This document shows positions 44,723 through 57,588 of a stretch of DNA of 64,000 nucleotides, piece by piece. Under the pieces are notes generated by a model that worked only from the letters and a program-made list of their open reading frames with translations, did not search any database and was not told where the DNA came from. Source of the DNA: Halocafeteria seosinensis (lineage: Eukaryota); the NCBI GenBank assembly GCA_001687465.1, contig LVLI01000101.1, forward strand, positions 186,001 through 250,000. Direction: 5' to 3'. The position numbers were made by a program, and so were the translations under genes. Numbering within the stretch: the first letter of the stretch is position 1; every line of letters starts with the position of its first letter.

Positions 44723-46299
44723 TCAGCTGGGGTCGACTGGAGGTCCGATATTCTCCCGACGATGCACAATCACTGGATCCGCAACACGGATCACCGTTGG
44801 GTGTCTGTTTAAGCTAGGATTCTCGTGAATCATTCTCTGCAATGAAATTCCACGAACTATCACGTATAATACAATCATTTATTTTCATTATTTGCATAAT
44901 AGCAACGTACAATACCAAAGCACACTTTTCCTTTTGTACTCTTCCGATATTCGCGCAATGTGGCCAGAGGTTCACCCTTGATCCCAGCTTGGTTCGCAGT
45001 TTCCTGATCCGTAGTTGTTACGATACACCTAGTGCATCGGGCTCTACCATATAGACGCAGTGTCCCAACGGATGCAACAGACCATCTGCAGTTGAAAACC
45101 TGGGATAAATCGTACAACCTAAGCTTGAGGCAAGACGAGGATCTTACTTGTCTTCTGAGAAAGGGTCTTTGACATTCTTGACAAGAATATTCGGTCTGAA
45201 ACGGTCTACTGGCATGCCATTTGAGCCCTTTTTATCAAGCTTCAAATTTAAGTCATTCACACTTTCTTCACTTAAAACCATGAAGGGAGTAGCATCCGGA
45301 AACGCGACTTTCTTCCTGAACAGTGAAACGAGGGGAGAATCAACAGTGATACGTCTTCAAGAAATGGAAAGAAGAACATACGTTGACCTTGCAGCAGCAT
45401 CGCTGTTTTCTGGACCATAATTTTTACACGTTATTTCTCGAATGCAGGATTCATCCATGTATACAAGCCTCAAGCCTTCCTTCTCTAACGTGTTGGATAG
45501 CCAAGCCGAGGCATCATCTCCCTGATCAGCAGCATTTGCAATAGAATCGTTCCATACTGTGATATTTTTTCGTTCTGGCGCAGGGTCTGTATGCTGCGAT
45601 GAAATAGGAACGTCAATGTAGCTCCCGTCGACGGTCCATGCCAATCTTAGGTGCGTAGGTGAAGATTGCTTCAATACATTCGTCTCCACATTCCTCACGA
45701 CGCCACTAGAACTGTCCTTGACAATCAATGACGGAGCTATTTGAGCCAGACGAGGTATTGCGCGTTGGGTTACAAAGTCTCCGTTCTCATCGACGACCAC
45801 CCATCGTCTATCGTATACTGGTCCGACTTCATCTACTTCCACCGCCTGTAGCGGAATCCCCTTGCAAGCTTTAACAGGGTAGATATAAATCGCGGAGACT
45901 TCAATTCCTCTGCACCAGCCGAACAACGATTGCACCGAATTCGATTAATCCGCGTTGCGTGAGTTTCGGTGTACGTACTCATCCAAAGTATTCCATTGCT
46001 CTTCGACTGGAATCTCGCCGCCACCGAGTCCGGGAAGACTTCCAAACTGGAGCTTATGGAGCCACATCGCGCCCATCAGGACTAGTGTGGCAAAGAAGAC
46101 ACTCAAAATAACCTGCAGTATCAGTCATTCACGAGATACAGGGCTTGCGTATACTGAAAGTAGCGTACGAGGGTGCACTCACGCGATGAGCGACTGCACT
46201 GGGGTCATCCTCGTGGCTATGCTCAGCTATCCCCAATCTTTCCAGTTCATGAGTGAGCACTTGCCACAGTGTATGAAACCCTTCTTTAATGGCATTCAT
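44723..46299 (-). CDS. MOSC-domain molybdenum cofactor protein (mARC-like) with N-terminal TM segment
   Basis: Spliced ATG 46299, TM VILSVFFATLVLMGAMWL, IYIYPVKACKG, YDRRWVVV, FPDATPF, DRFRPNILV, RCTRCIVTTTDQET (Moco-ligating Cys), EPLATLREYR. Confidence 0.85.
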
Positions 46300-46586
46300 T
46301 CTCTGATTCTCTTTATATGGAAGGTCAAGGAGGGAAGGAGTTTACTAGGCGGCCAGCTCACAACGAAGTCATTATTAGTATCGCAAACATACATCCATGC
46401 ACGAGAGAAGACAACACGAGCATAACAAACTTGCAGAGAGTCGAACAAACACCAAGTCTATGAATATACAGCGCAATCCGCGTTGGACGGTGGTTACGGC
46501 ACTGTGCGGTACCCAATCCTCTGTGAACCTCGGATCGCGGCTGTGTCGGTAATATGCTGTAAGCGACTTAAGCAGGTACAGCCTAT

Positions 46587-47869
46587 TTATTCCCCTTCTC
46601 CTTCTATATAATCTTCGTCACTAGTATCCTCGAGGTCACTCAAATCTTCCTCGTCCTCTTGATCCAGAAAGACGTTCTTATCTACTGCACTGGAGCTGAC
46701 AGTTCCGTGTACTGCTGCAGCGGCTGCAGACGCAGGGTCTTCTCCTTCTTCTGCAGCTCTAGCTGCTTTTTCAGCAAGGTTCTTCTCTGCAGCTGACAAT
46801 GCAGCCTGTTCCATTGCTTCTAATGCTATAGCTTCATCTTCGTCACCTCCTTTACCAAGGTCCTCAAAGTATTGCTTTCCTGTAGGTCCAGAGAACTTAG
46901 CGATAGGCAGCGCTGTCTCAACTCGAGAAATATAGCAAATGTCTTACCTGTCACAGACGATTTCAAGTCTAATTCATCTCCTCTTGGGGGTACACCGGCA
47001 GCACGTTTATTTGGGGATAATTTATGCTGTTCAGCCTCGAAAGCAGCACGCCATGCGGCAAACGTCTCCACCGTCACAGGTGTGCCGTGTTGCCCCCTGG
47101 ACTCTTCTTCCTCGTGGCCGTACCTCCCATGTCGCCTTTGCCGTCGTTCTTCGGCTTCTTCTGTGGCTATTTTATTGAGTTCTTCCTTCTCCTTTTCTTT
47201 TTCTTTCTTCCTTTCATCTTCCACTTGTCTTCTTCGCATCTCAGAGTGCATCGAACCATCTCCCGGTTCTCTGTTGTTATCTAATAGCCATTCTTTTATG
47301 GCTTCTGTAACGTTAAAAATCATTGCTCCCATCATCAAGTTCTCTTCCGCTGACTTGTCAGCCACTTCCTGTAGCTCTTTGATTTGAGCATCCAGCAATG
47401 CTTTATGTGATTCAACTTGCAATTGATTTGGGGCTTCTTCCGGATATTTATCAGAGTACTCCACATAAAGCGACGCAGCGACTGTTAATTTGTACATGCA
47501 CCAACACTGATAATAAGTCTGCACGGAGCATATATGAACACGACGAGAATGATCGTACCGTAGTTCGTTTCTCCTTCGCCTACTGTGTGTGGATAGATGA
47601 AGACCCGGAACGATTGAGGTGTACCATCATCTCTGCTCTTTAGTACTGCGAATCAACAGACGGGAAAGTTCCATACACACACGGTAAGTACTACAATATT
47701 CGATCTACTTAATGGGTAGGACATCTTACATTGGAAATCGTCCATGAAGATGGATTCCAGGGCCTCCACTTCCATGGATTGCTCCTCGAGAGGATCTGTG
47801 CACCACATAGCATTGAGGTGGTATGTTAACAGACAAGACAGATACTATTGTGAACTCCTTACCAGCCAT
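46587..47869 (-). CDS. RWDD1: RWD domain-containing protein 1 (GIR2/DFRP2)
   Basis: MA/DPLEEQSMEVEALESIF, KYPEEAP, ENLMMGAMIF, GTPVTVETFAAWRAAFEAE, acidic tail. Several introns. Confidence 0.88.
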
Positions 47870-48333
47870 TATCTGTGTTTTTTCCTTGTATATAGAGGCA
47901 AATCGGCAAGAATTTCAGTCGGTCTTTTGACACCTTTTGGCTTCACTCGTGCCTTTGTTCCTCCATTGTTGGTTCTCTCCACATATACAAGCGGTCCTAC
48001 TATTTCAATAAGGGCACCTATAAAAATTTAACAACACAATCTCTTCATACCCACTTGTATCAGCCACTGTTCTGGAGAGGCGACTCCTAGTCGACTTACC
48101 TAAGTAGGGGCATTAGTCGAGGTCATTCAGACAGTGTTGATATGGATCCCATTCCCAGTTACATGGGCCCTAGGGAAAGTCGGGTGTATTTGTATTAGTG
48201 GTGTATTTTGTTTGTGTATATCTAGTAGAGTGACAGCCATCACATCACACGCACAGGCAGGGAGAGATTGGGCATTTAAGCGTCTCATATACGCCGTGTT
48301 GAAGGCTTTATACACTCGCTGATACAGCAGAAT

Positions 48334-48774
48334 ATGCCACAGAAAGGACCGAAAGGATTTAGGTTCTCGGACCTCAGCAAAGAGCACCAAAAAGCTGTGC
48401 AGTGGTACATGAAAAAGAGTGGCGGAGGCAGTGGATTACAGGACACAAGGTGTCGACAAGAAACGAAGCAATTTTTACGATGCATCCAGAGAAACAACTA
48501 TGATCAGGCACAGTGTAACCAAGAAATATTTGCATTGAAGTCGTGCATCGATAATATGGAGGCCGATCCTGTAAGTGGCCCCCACTAAATGGGGCCCTCT
48601 TGGTACACTTTGACGCAATGACTTCTACTTGTATTTTTGCAGGGATATACGGAGAGAATGAATAAAGCAATCAACAATGTGCGGCAGGACGTGCGTACTA
48701 CTCTTGTTAACAGTTTAAGAGATCATCCCTTAACATGGAAAAGGAGTCAATTGTTGAAGAAGTTCCTCCGATGA
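48334..48774 (+). CDS. Small CHCH (twin Cys helix-pair) protein, probably mitochondrial
   Basis: CRQETKQFLRCIQRNNYDQAQCNQEIFALKSC. Intron 48571-48642, then exon 2 GYTERMNK..KKFLR*. Confidence 0.7.
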
Positions 48775-49111
48775 TGCAAGCGCTTATCATCAACTCCAAG
48801 TAGCTCGAGCGTTTGCATGCTGAGTCTACAGTGCTTTTCCAGTGCGACTACAACATATTGTTAGGAATGTGGATTTCGTAGCTGCCTTAACAGGGTAGGG
48901 TCGTGATCAATTCTGCTGTAATTGCTAATTTATCGGAAACTGTTCCACGGGACAGTAGCAGTCATTGCATGGGATCAGATATTATCTATTGTGCGGATCA
49001 ATATTCACTATCGCATGTCGGTGAATGAATGCAACAAGCTCGAATATATTGTGTGTCAAAAAGATATATAGATATAGTTTAGGCCCCTTGAACAAGGTAA
49101 GATAATGAGAT

Positions 49112-49183
49112 GGGGCATTAGCTCAGCGGCAGAGCGTCAGATTCCAAATCTGAATGCCGGGGGTTCGAATCCCTCATGCCTCA
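49112..49183 (+). tRNA. trnW: tRNA-Trp (anticodon CCA)
   Basis: Acceptor stem GGGGCAT/ATGCCTC, D arm GCTC/GAGC, anticodon arm TCAGA-TTCCAAA-TCTGA, T loop GGTTCGAATCC. No intron and no encoded CCA end. Confidence 0.96.
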
Positions 49184-49186
49184 CTC

Positions 49187-49197
49187 TTTTTTTTTTT
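49187..49197 (+). terminator. RNA polymerase III oligo(dT) terminator
   Basis: Run of about 11 T a few bases after the tRNA 3' end. Confidence 0.85.
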
Positions 49198-49658
49198 CTT
49201 CCTGCTGCTGACCATGCATACCCAAGGTGGCTTCAATGTTTCAGATGAAATGAAAATCCATAGTAAGAAGTGGTGTACTCATCACCAGCATGATGAATGT
49301 GTCTATTGACCTGTACTGCTGTTGTGAAGTTCAACTGGGCAGCAAGTGCAGTGCACAGTCCTGCTGCTAAGTGTACGTAATGTACCGGTATTGTTTACGG
49401 CCTACCGGCTGGAAGAAACCAGTTCGGGGATCTTTATGCTTGGATGGTGTCGGTAGTGCTTCCATGCAGGCTCCCGTCGTATGCCTTGCCCAAGGGCCAT
49501 ACCATACACACCACGACGAAGTACATTATCGAAGACCTAGCTAAAATCAATGTGTTGAGAATCGCAGAGTTCGAAGAAATCCAAATAATTCTCGTGCCCT
49601 TGTATTTGTCCTAAATGAATGCTATGCAGGAGGAGCTGGTTCCTTGGGCGTCAAAGGT

Positions 49659-50932
49659 TCAAACACTATAGGCAGGAGGTGGCTCATCAGCTTGGTAACC
49701 GGCAGACGAAATGTGCTGATACTGGTGAGAATGACTCTTACTCTCAGTGGAACCCTCCTGCTCCCGAGAATAACGTGATTCAGTTTGGTTATGCGCCCTC
49801 TGCCCCGGCGGGTAGACAGATGCAGGAGGCTGAGGCTGTGAATACTGATAAGGGAATGAATGGGGCATTTGCATCGGTACCGCTCCCTGCATATTGGCTT
49901 CCATTCCCATTACAGGTTGATGTTGGAGAGTTCCTCCAGGTTGCTGCATGTGGATTACAGGGAATTGCGGTGGCACTGGAGGCTGTCCTCCTGTAACCGC
50001 GTTCGCCCCCATCGGCATTCCCGCATTCATCATAGGATTCTGTTGCTGTGACTTCCATGCAGTGCTGGATACTTTAGACGACAGTACGTCCAGATGGTCG
50101 TCGGTAAAGAGCGCCTCTCCCCCGGTTGCTGAGAGGTTCGCGCACCAGAAAACTATGAGCATTAGATACAGGAGTTCCCGTGGAAGAGGTCTTACCAATC
50201 CTTTTTTGCTTTAAAAATCTGTTAACTGCGTCTTTAACCCTTGTTTTGTTCTCCAAACCGATGCTGGAGTGATACGCGTTCAACGACTCCACAATTCCAC
50301 CATCTGCACCCTTGTAGTCGAAGCGATACTGCAGCAAGGGTAGAGAACGCGCGGAGCTATGCTGTTGAAGACGGGAACACTTCTTCGGCCCATTCCAAAC
50401 ATACTAGTTTTTCTCCCTCGTTGTTATACGATTCTGATTCTTCTATCCCGACAACATCTTGGTGCATTGTCTCGCTTGTTCCACAGAGGCCAATTTGTGT
50501 AATTCGTACTTCTCCTTCCTTGCTAACACCTGGATCGTAGACTATTAGTGGTGCCAGAGAAGCAAAGTACAAGTCTAACTGTTTGACAACATACTGTGGA
50601 CCTGCGACTCATAGAAGGAGCGAACATCGTTAGATCGCGTTACAACGTACAAGCTCCAAGCTCACCAATACCGTACGTACATCAAATGATCGGCAGAGAG
50701 GCGCAAACAAGAATGACACGAAAGGAAATGGTGCCATGTACAACGTAATTTTATCCGGCTTTACGACAAAAACATATTCCTCTCCACTTGCTATATCCTG
50801 ATCTTCTGGAATTTCGACCTGCCATTGCACAACCTCACAAAAGTGCTGAGATAAAAACGACCCTGTAGTGGCTGCGGAATCGTACATTAGCGCAATCCCA
50901 GATAGGACATAGCATTTTGCAGCACACTCCAT
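49659..50932 (-). CDS. Hypothetical protein with hydrophobic segment and Gln/Pro/Met-rich C-terminus (multi-exon)
   Basis: Successive minus-strand ORF pieces (50630-50932, 50357-50572, 50074-50337, 49659-50198) are bounded by plausible splice sites, and the protein ends in EPPPAYSV. Exact splicing is uncertain. Confidence 0.55.
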
Positions 50933-52105
50933 TGCTGTAGTACTCCTCTATTTCTCTTGAAGTCATTGGGTATCAAAGATCAATGGGGATTCGAAAACAC
51001 CACGGAGTTTTCCCCGCCCGGTAACGCACACACACACAAATGTGACAGATAGCCCACCGCAACTCAATTTTGCCCTGACACTTTCGACTTCATAGGGAAT
51101 TAGTCAGAATTATCTCGCACGATCGGTAGCAAAGTATTTGCGTTTTACCAAACCAATCATTTCAGCAATCTTAATGGCTGCGGTGGAGCGCGACAGAATC
51201 ACCAACATTCCACACTCCCTGCGTTTGTGTTCTACGCTTCTGGGATCTTTTCACTCCAAAAATGCAGGTAGCCCGCGGTGGTTGGAGACACTGTCTACAC
51301 CTGCTTGTCCGAGTTCAGCTTACATGATGAGATGCTCTATCCAACTCTACCAACCGTTGACTAATTAAGTACCCCCTTCAGAACGCGGCTCCACGAGAAC
51401 TGAATGACATGCCAACCGTGCACAAGTTGCGCTAGCAAACTTCTTGTGCGACCAACATAAGTACAATAGACAGAACTACACCGTCACTCTGAACATGAAA
51501 CTTCTTGAGAAGCAAATTGCAGACCATCTTCGAGAAGAGAAGGAAGGTATAGCCATTCTACGCATAGGTAGGTGACTGCATTACAAGGAAGCGTTGATGA
51601 TGCTCAGAGAGATAAATTTGTCCACATGTTGACCATACGATGGGACACGGTCTGTGTTAAAATTTGTACAGCTACCTTAACACATCATTACGCGGCGCTT
51701 TTCCAAATTCCAACGTCCAACTTCGCATTGCCACACACTGTACTTGCCGCCAAATTTGCTGACTTGAGGCCGTAAGCGGAAGAAATTCGGAGGCAAGGCG
51801 TTCGGACCGTGTACATTCCGAGTCATTTCATCGAGGAAGACGTTCGGGTTCAGACACTGATAACAACACTGTTAGCATTACAACTTGGTAAATGAGAGAC
51901 GACCTACGATGACTGGATGACAACCAGTGACCACTGATCACTCTGACCAGTGTAGGTGTGAGCAACTCTGTGAATCGCTGTGCGTGGGGCGACAACTTGT
52001 CGCATTGACTCAAACATGAAGAAGCGCACTGTGCGAGCTCGAAGCACAGCCTACACGCAACGTCTGTTATAGCCGTGTTCCGATCAGGGATGTCAAAGAC
52101 GATAC

Positions 52106-55100
52106 TCACCATTTGCTCCGATGATGCTGGATACTCCGCGCCACTGTCGCCACAAATGCTACCAATAGAAACGGCACGGTGAGTCTCAAGAGGAATCGAA
52201 TGTATGCTTCCTGTCTATAGGAATCGATATACGCATTTCGATTGACAAATCCTCGTGGCAATTCAAACCTAGACCTCAAAGGGAAATACGAAATATACAA
52301 ATTCCTGAGAGCGCGTTGCACAGAGTTTGGGGCTTTATGCATATCATCATTTATGCACACAAACTTCGTCTTTCGATGACGAACTTTGTCAAGTTTGTGA
52401 ATGGTTTCATTGTAATCGTCAGTGACCATTTCGAAGGTCACTTCATCAGCACTAACGGAGGTATGCCTGCGGAGCTAGATAACAAATCAAGAGGTGCAGA
52501 GTATTGTGGACAAGAGTAACACCTCCACTTACGACCTTGGTATCCTCGCATGCTGAGCAAGACCATCCAAAGCCATCCGGCAATACATCAGGCTTCTTAA
52601 CGATATAGATGATCGCAGGATGATGTCACCGGATGCCAAGCATTCCCGTAGACTGGACATATCCAACCCGTCCGGTGGACGTCCGTACACTACGGCTGCT
52701 AGTGTCCGAAACTCGTTATCATCCAAGTACCTGCATATGATAGGAAAAAACGGTTGAAGACTCAGATACGGACAGAAAATAAATCGCAACGCATCAACGT
52801 ACCCATTGTGGTCGGTATCAATTTCATCTTTCCAGTATTGACTTAAATCCAACCCGAACTGCTTAGTGCCTTCCATTAGCCAGTAGAAATACGCGAATGA
52901 ATATTGGATATCTTCACTACTTCGGAACCTACGGCTACCTGTCGCTTCAAATTCCTCATGGAAGACGCTTTGTAACTCGTTCATTACATCCTTATCGATC
53001 ATATGCGGCATGTGGGCGACGACTTTGCGATCCCTCCGTGGCAAGACCTGCGATCAACCAAAAGTACAACCCGTCGAAACGATAAGTTAGGATAACCAAC
53101 CGCAACATGCGACGTACAGTTGAGAGCATATTATCAGTATGGATCAAGGAATCGGCAAAGAGATCCATAAGCTTGCGGGACGCGGCACTTGGCTCTATAT
53201 CAGACGATTCCTTTCCTTGAGCCTTCCTCCAAGCCCCGGTAACAAAATCTTTTCTCTCATCGTCACTCATGGAGAGCAGCGAGACTACGGGCGACTCTTT
53301 GGACATCTCACGAGGTTGAAGTAAACTGTGCTCCAGGAGCTTCCTCTCGGACTCTACAGGGGTCGAGGAATTGGTTTTCTTCGTCGACGATTGAGCACGA
53401 ATCCTATTGCGGACGTTTGCGGCCACTTTCTCTTCGATTGAACTGTAAAGACTTGCGGGAGTTATTGTGCCAATGGATTCTATATTGAAATTTAGAGTGC
53501 CGGCAGCAGTTGACATCCAAGCAGCTTCGTCCGAACTGACGCTGTCAACTTTACACTCAGCTTTCATATCTCTGATAAAGGGCGAGCCGGTGCAACGAAA
53601 TAGCGACAAATCAGCTACAGCCTGCTCTGGCTTTTCATCAAAAAATGCATCTAAATCGATATTCGCGTCCCAGTATAGTCCAGGAAGAGCGACGGCGTCC
53701 TCTTGAAACACTTGCTTACAATGGCTAGACCGAAAGTTTTCCCCTAGTTTTATTACCATGGCGGCAGTGTCGGATAGTATGTCAACATTGGCGTCTTCGG
53801 TTGCAGATAAGGATGGGAAGAGCTTCCACAGCTCCGGGTCATTCTGTAGGTCTAGTGCTGTCAAAGTATGCTCCTTGCTGTGCTTTGCATTTCTGAGCTT
53901 CTTTAACGCTGACAAGTTATCGTCAACCCACGACACGAATGCACAATCGTATAAGTTAATAGATGAATCATCACCTTCTAAAGAAGGTTCAAGGGATATA
54001 AAGCGGGCGTCTTTCAGTTGAATGGACAAAGAAAGTTTTCGATTATCTTGCACTGTTTTCTGTAGCCCTTTAGTCAGATCGACGAAGGAGACCAGATTCT
54101 TTCGATCAAAGAGATACAACAATTCCTCGTCCGTCTCTAGAAACGCTGTAGCTAGGACCGGAGCCCGTACATCTTGATCAGCACTTGTGATTTTCTTGTT
54201 CATAGACTTTGCTAGTCTATCCAAACTAGTAAACGAAGCGCAAAGGCTTCCATCTGGCGATACACTGCCTGTTGACAGCTCAGCCACCCGTTTACTCGCT
54301 AGTTGAAACCCTAATCTCTCTAAAGCTTCCGAAACAGACAACCGCATAACTCTTGTATCGTTCCGTATGCGGACTGGGTGATGCGAAATGGAAAATCGCG
54401 AGAGTGCGGTGACGTTGACGTAAGTCTCTTCAGTGTCGCAGTATGGAAGTCCTACCCATGGGCCCTTCTGCTGTAGGGGTGTTACTGCGATGTTCTCTTT
54501 GATTGTATTCATTCCACAGTCTCCCATATCCCATGCACAATCAGCGACCCGGCAAGATGGATCGCATGCACTATCAGCTAGCCACCCTACAGGGCATCCT
54601 GAAGCACATTCCTTTTCACTTTGCGGCATAGATGTGGTCATTCCTGCTCCAAGCTGGGTGCGGCCAGCATATTGACCTTTGCAATCTCCTCCATCAAAAC
54701 TACAACTTGAAGTGTTGCATGGTACATCGCAGTAGCCGTCACCAATCCAGGCGTGGACGCACCCTTCGTTACAACGGGGAACATCCCATACTAAATAAAC
54801 CTTCTGACCGGTTTCAGGAGACCAGAAGTCAGATGGCCAAGTAGGCGCACCAAGGAAAACGTCATCGTTGAAATATATGAACTTTTTTGAAAGCCCCGGA
54901 ATACGATGTAGGTGCGCTTCTATTGAAGGCGAGGAAAATACAGGCAGGACAGAAGGATCTGTGCGACAAAAGCAAGAAATGCAGGTAACATTAAGCATAG
55001 TACACAGATGCTTATACATTATGCTGTTTCGAAACACGTACCCGGAAATATCTCCTCATGTGATACTATAGAGACTCGTGAGTCACTCAAATCAAGCCAT

Positions 55101-55858
55101 GAAGGCACCTGCCCATTGGTGACGATATATATGTGTCTTATCCAAGGTGCATATTTCTCCAAAGACCGGAGCGAGTAACGAAGTTCTTCATTATCCCTAT
55201 ACCGATTCGAACTAACTGGGTTACGCCGTAGTTCATTCACCTTCTCCTCTATTACTTCCGCGGCTGTCTTCGTCTTCTTGTCTTGCTGCGAACCAGCGTC
55301 ATCTTGTCCACTTTTTCCCTCTTTCTCCTCCGTAGATGTCTCTTTCTCACTGAGCTCTTTGTAGTACTGTAGTTGTGCTAACCAGACAGGATCGCTCCCA
55401 TTCACCCACGTGTAGACGGCGTCAATCTGTGGAGGGCAAAAGTGGTGTCCGAACGACTTCTCACCGATATTGTTGCGGGGCGCAATGCAATCAGGGAACG
55501 ACTGGAAGACAAATAGCGTCTCCGAGACCAATTTAAAGAAAGCCAGAGTCCCTAATAGCACCAGACAGACCGTGAAAATCAGTCCTCCGGTGGTAGAAGT
55601 GGCATTGAATAACCTCCTCTGGAGGATTTTCATGGTCGCGATACTAATGGTGCAACATCGTTTGCTGAGGTTGCTCTGTTTCTGTAAAAGTGTGCCACTG
55701 CTACCAGTGGACGGTGTCGTCGTACCGAAGAACCATGACATGGTACCTCCGGATTCCTCATCGGCTCCTCTATGGGAGGAGGAAGAGACGGACGTAGCAT
55801 GGGCTTGGTGGTCACCAGGCTCTGTCGTGGGTAAAACGGAATGATCATGGCGGTTCAT
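52106..55858 (-). CDS. GNPTAB: GlcNAc-1-phosphotransferase alpha/beta precursor (Stealth family)
   Basis: N-terminal TM, CR1 [14 protein letters not shown]2 [22 protein letters not shown], two LNR repeats ([18 protein letters not shown]), [13 protein letters not shown]3 [11 protein letters not shown]-hand DTDHNGYLDDNE, CR4 KFVCINDD, C-terminal TM. A small extra last exon near 52010 is possible. Confidence 0.92.
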
Positions 55859-55967
55859 ACTCTCTAACTATATACACTATTATTGATTAACGTTTCTTTG
55901 GTAGTACCCTCTCTGGGTGCATGCATGGGTGCACTGTGACAATCCACAAACCCCTGATACGTGTAGT

Positions 55968-57265
55968 TCAAGTCAGACCTTGTTGGGTCAGAGTCAATTC
56001 AAACGCCCGGTGTGCACTGGCCAGGCAGGAATCAAAGTTGGATGACGGCATGAAGCTATCCCCGCAGAAAACTATAAAGGGGTTAGTGCTCTTTGGTTCT
56101 TGCGCTGCAGTTGGACTGGGGAATGTGAAGATAGATGAACTCTCAACACTTGCAGCGGGAGATGTATCCCGCGTTAACATAATTGCGCCACCGTGATCCC
56201 CAGGTACAGGTTGTGATACTTGGGAGTATCGCCACCTTTGCGTTTTGGCTTCCACCGGCGTAGGGATCGAAGGAAATAACTTACGCAAATGATCAAGAAT
56301 TTCTTCTTGAACACTATCCTTGCTCTCTTCTAATCTAGAGATTCCATAAGGAACTGAAGTATGCACCACCAGCGACGGCGATTCCGATGAGCTGCTGCCC
56401 CGTTTCTTAGAGTCAAATGATACAAAGCGAATGACATCATCTTCTTCCTGAGGGACAAATTTACCACACTCAGGAATAGTGCTTTCTATAGCATTCGTTT
56501 GACTTGCATCAAAATAGAGACCTAGGGCATATCGTGAAGTGTAAGCTCCTTCTTCAAGAGCTGCTGCCAATCCAGATGTAGAAAGCAAAGAGCGCAAAGT
56601 ACCTTCTAACTTTAACACCTGGGGAGTCGGTATAGTACAAATAATTCCGTCAAAGTATTCGCAAATACCCTCTTGGGTGGACACATGCCACTTTGCAGGA
56701 GCATTGTCAAGACAGTCGATTCGCGTAATTGTGCGGCCGAAGCAAGGAGATGATCCTGTAGCCATGCACGACGGATAAGAATAAGTATCCAGTAACATAC
56801 TGTTGAATAATCTTGATTACCTTCGAACAAGCATTTTATCACCGAGCTGGAGCCATTGGGGGCAATATAATTCTTTCGCTCTTTTTGTGTTTCCAGCTGA
56901 CCCTCGAAGCTACCCTGAAATCTTTGCAGCACTTGAGCTTGCTCCAATGCGTCGTATAGTTCTTCGTGGGTTTGCTCGTACAAAGTGAAATACTGCGCAC
57001 CTAAATCGGCTTTAGCTCCTTCTAACTCTTTGCTCCTGGATGTGCTCATTCTACCTCCGTATCCTCGGGCTTTATCCCATATCTCAAGATCCATTGATGG
57101 CACTTCATCGCTGGCAACCTCCCGAGACAGCACTCCCATGCTAATTTCATGGACACCTGAAGCCGAGCCTTGGGTTCGCTGTCTACCATATCGGAATAGG
57201 AAATGTTGGAGAGCCCTGTAGTAGCCTGCTGCTGTGGCACCTGTGCCTATCAACAACAAGCGCAT
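55968..57265 (-). CDS. RNLS: Renalase-like FAD-dependent oxidoreductase
   Basis: LIGTGATA, WDKARGYGGRMSTSR, ADLGAQYFT, TIPTPQVL, RWRYSQV, CGDSF..NFDSCLASA. One intron near 56757-56820. Confidence 0.85.
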
Positions 57266-57588
57266 ATCTGCTCAATAACCACGTCAGATTCCCAGCTTCA
57301 ACTTGGTATGAAATTTCTCCGACGAGGCTCCTCATAAAACATTCAGCCATCGGTAATTACAAGCAAAATGAATAAGGCAGTGAGATGGCGCAGCTATAGA
57401 TGACACGGGCACGCAAAATGCGTACGGTAGCTTCCAGGATTTTGTGAAGCAGAAAGGAAGTTCACAAGATCCAACAGAAGAGTAGTGTATGTTATGGGAG
57501 CCCACAAAATGGGGCGCGGATCCAACGGGCACCAATATTGTTGGTATTGTTCAGCTGCGAATATATCGGGTTACAGAATGTGCACTAA

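Noticed and set aside
36057..47869. Two RWD-domain genes (RNF25, RWDD1) within 12 kb as a functional cluster
   Set aside because: They are separated by unrelated genes, lie on opposite strands and show no sign of recent duplication. Chance is sufficient.
49112..49183. Possible UGA-to-Trp recoding (in-frame TGAs in broken ORFs plus a tRNA-Trp)
   Set aside because: The tRNA has a normal CCA anticodon and a 5-bp anticodon stem. Conserved genes use TGG for Trp, and several end at TGA.
49285..49380. Box C-like ATGATGA downstream of the tRNA (possible tRNA-snoRNA unit)
   Set aside because: No suitably placed box D (CTGA) or terminal stem, and a Pol III terminator lies in between.
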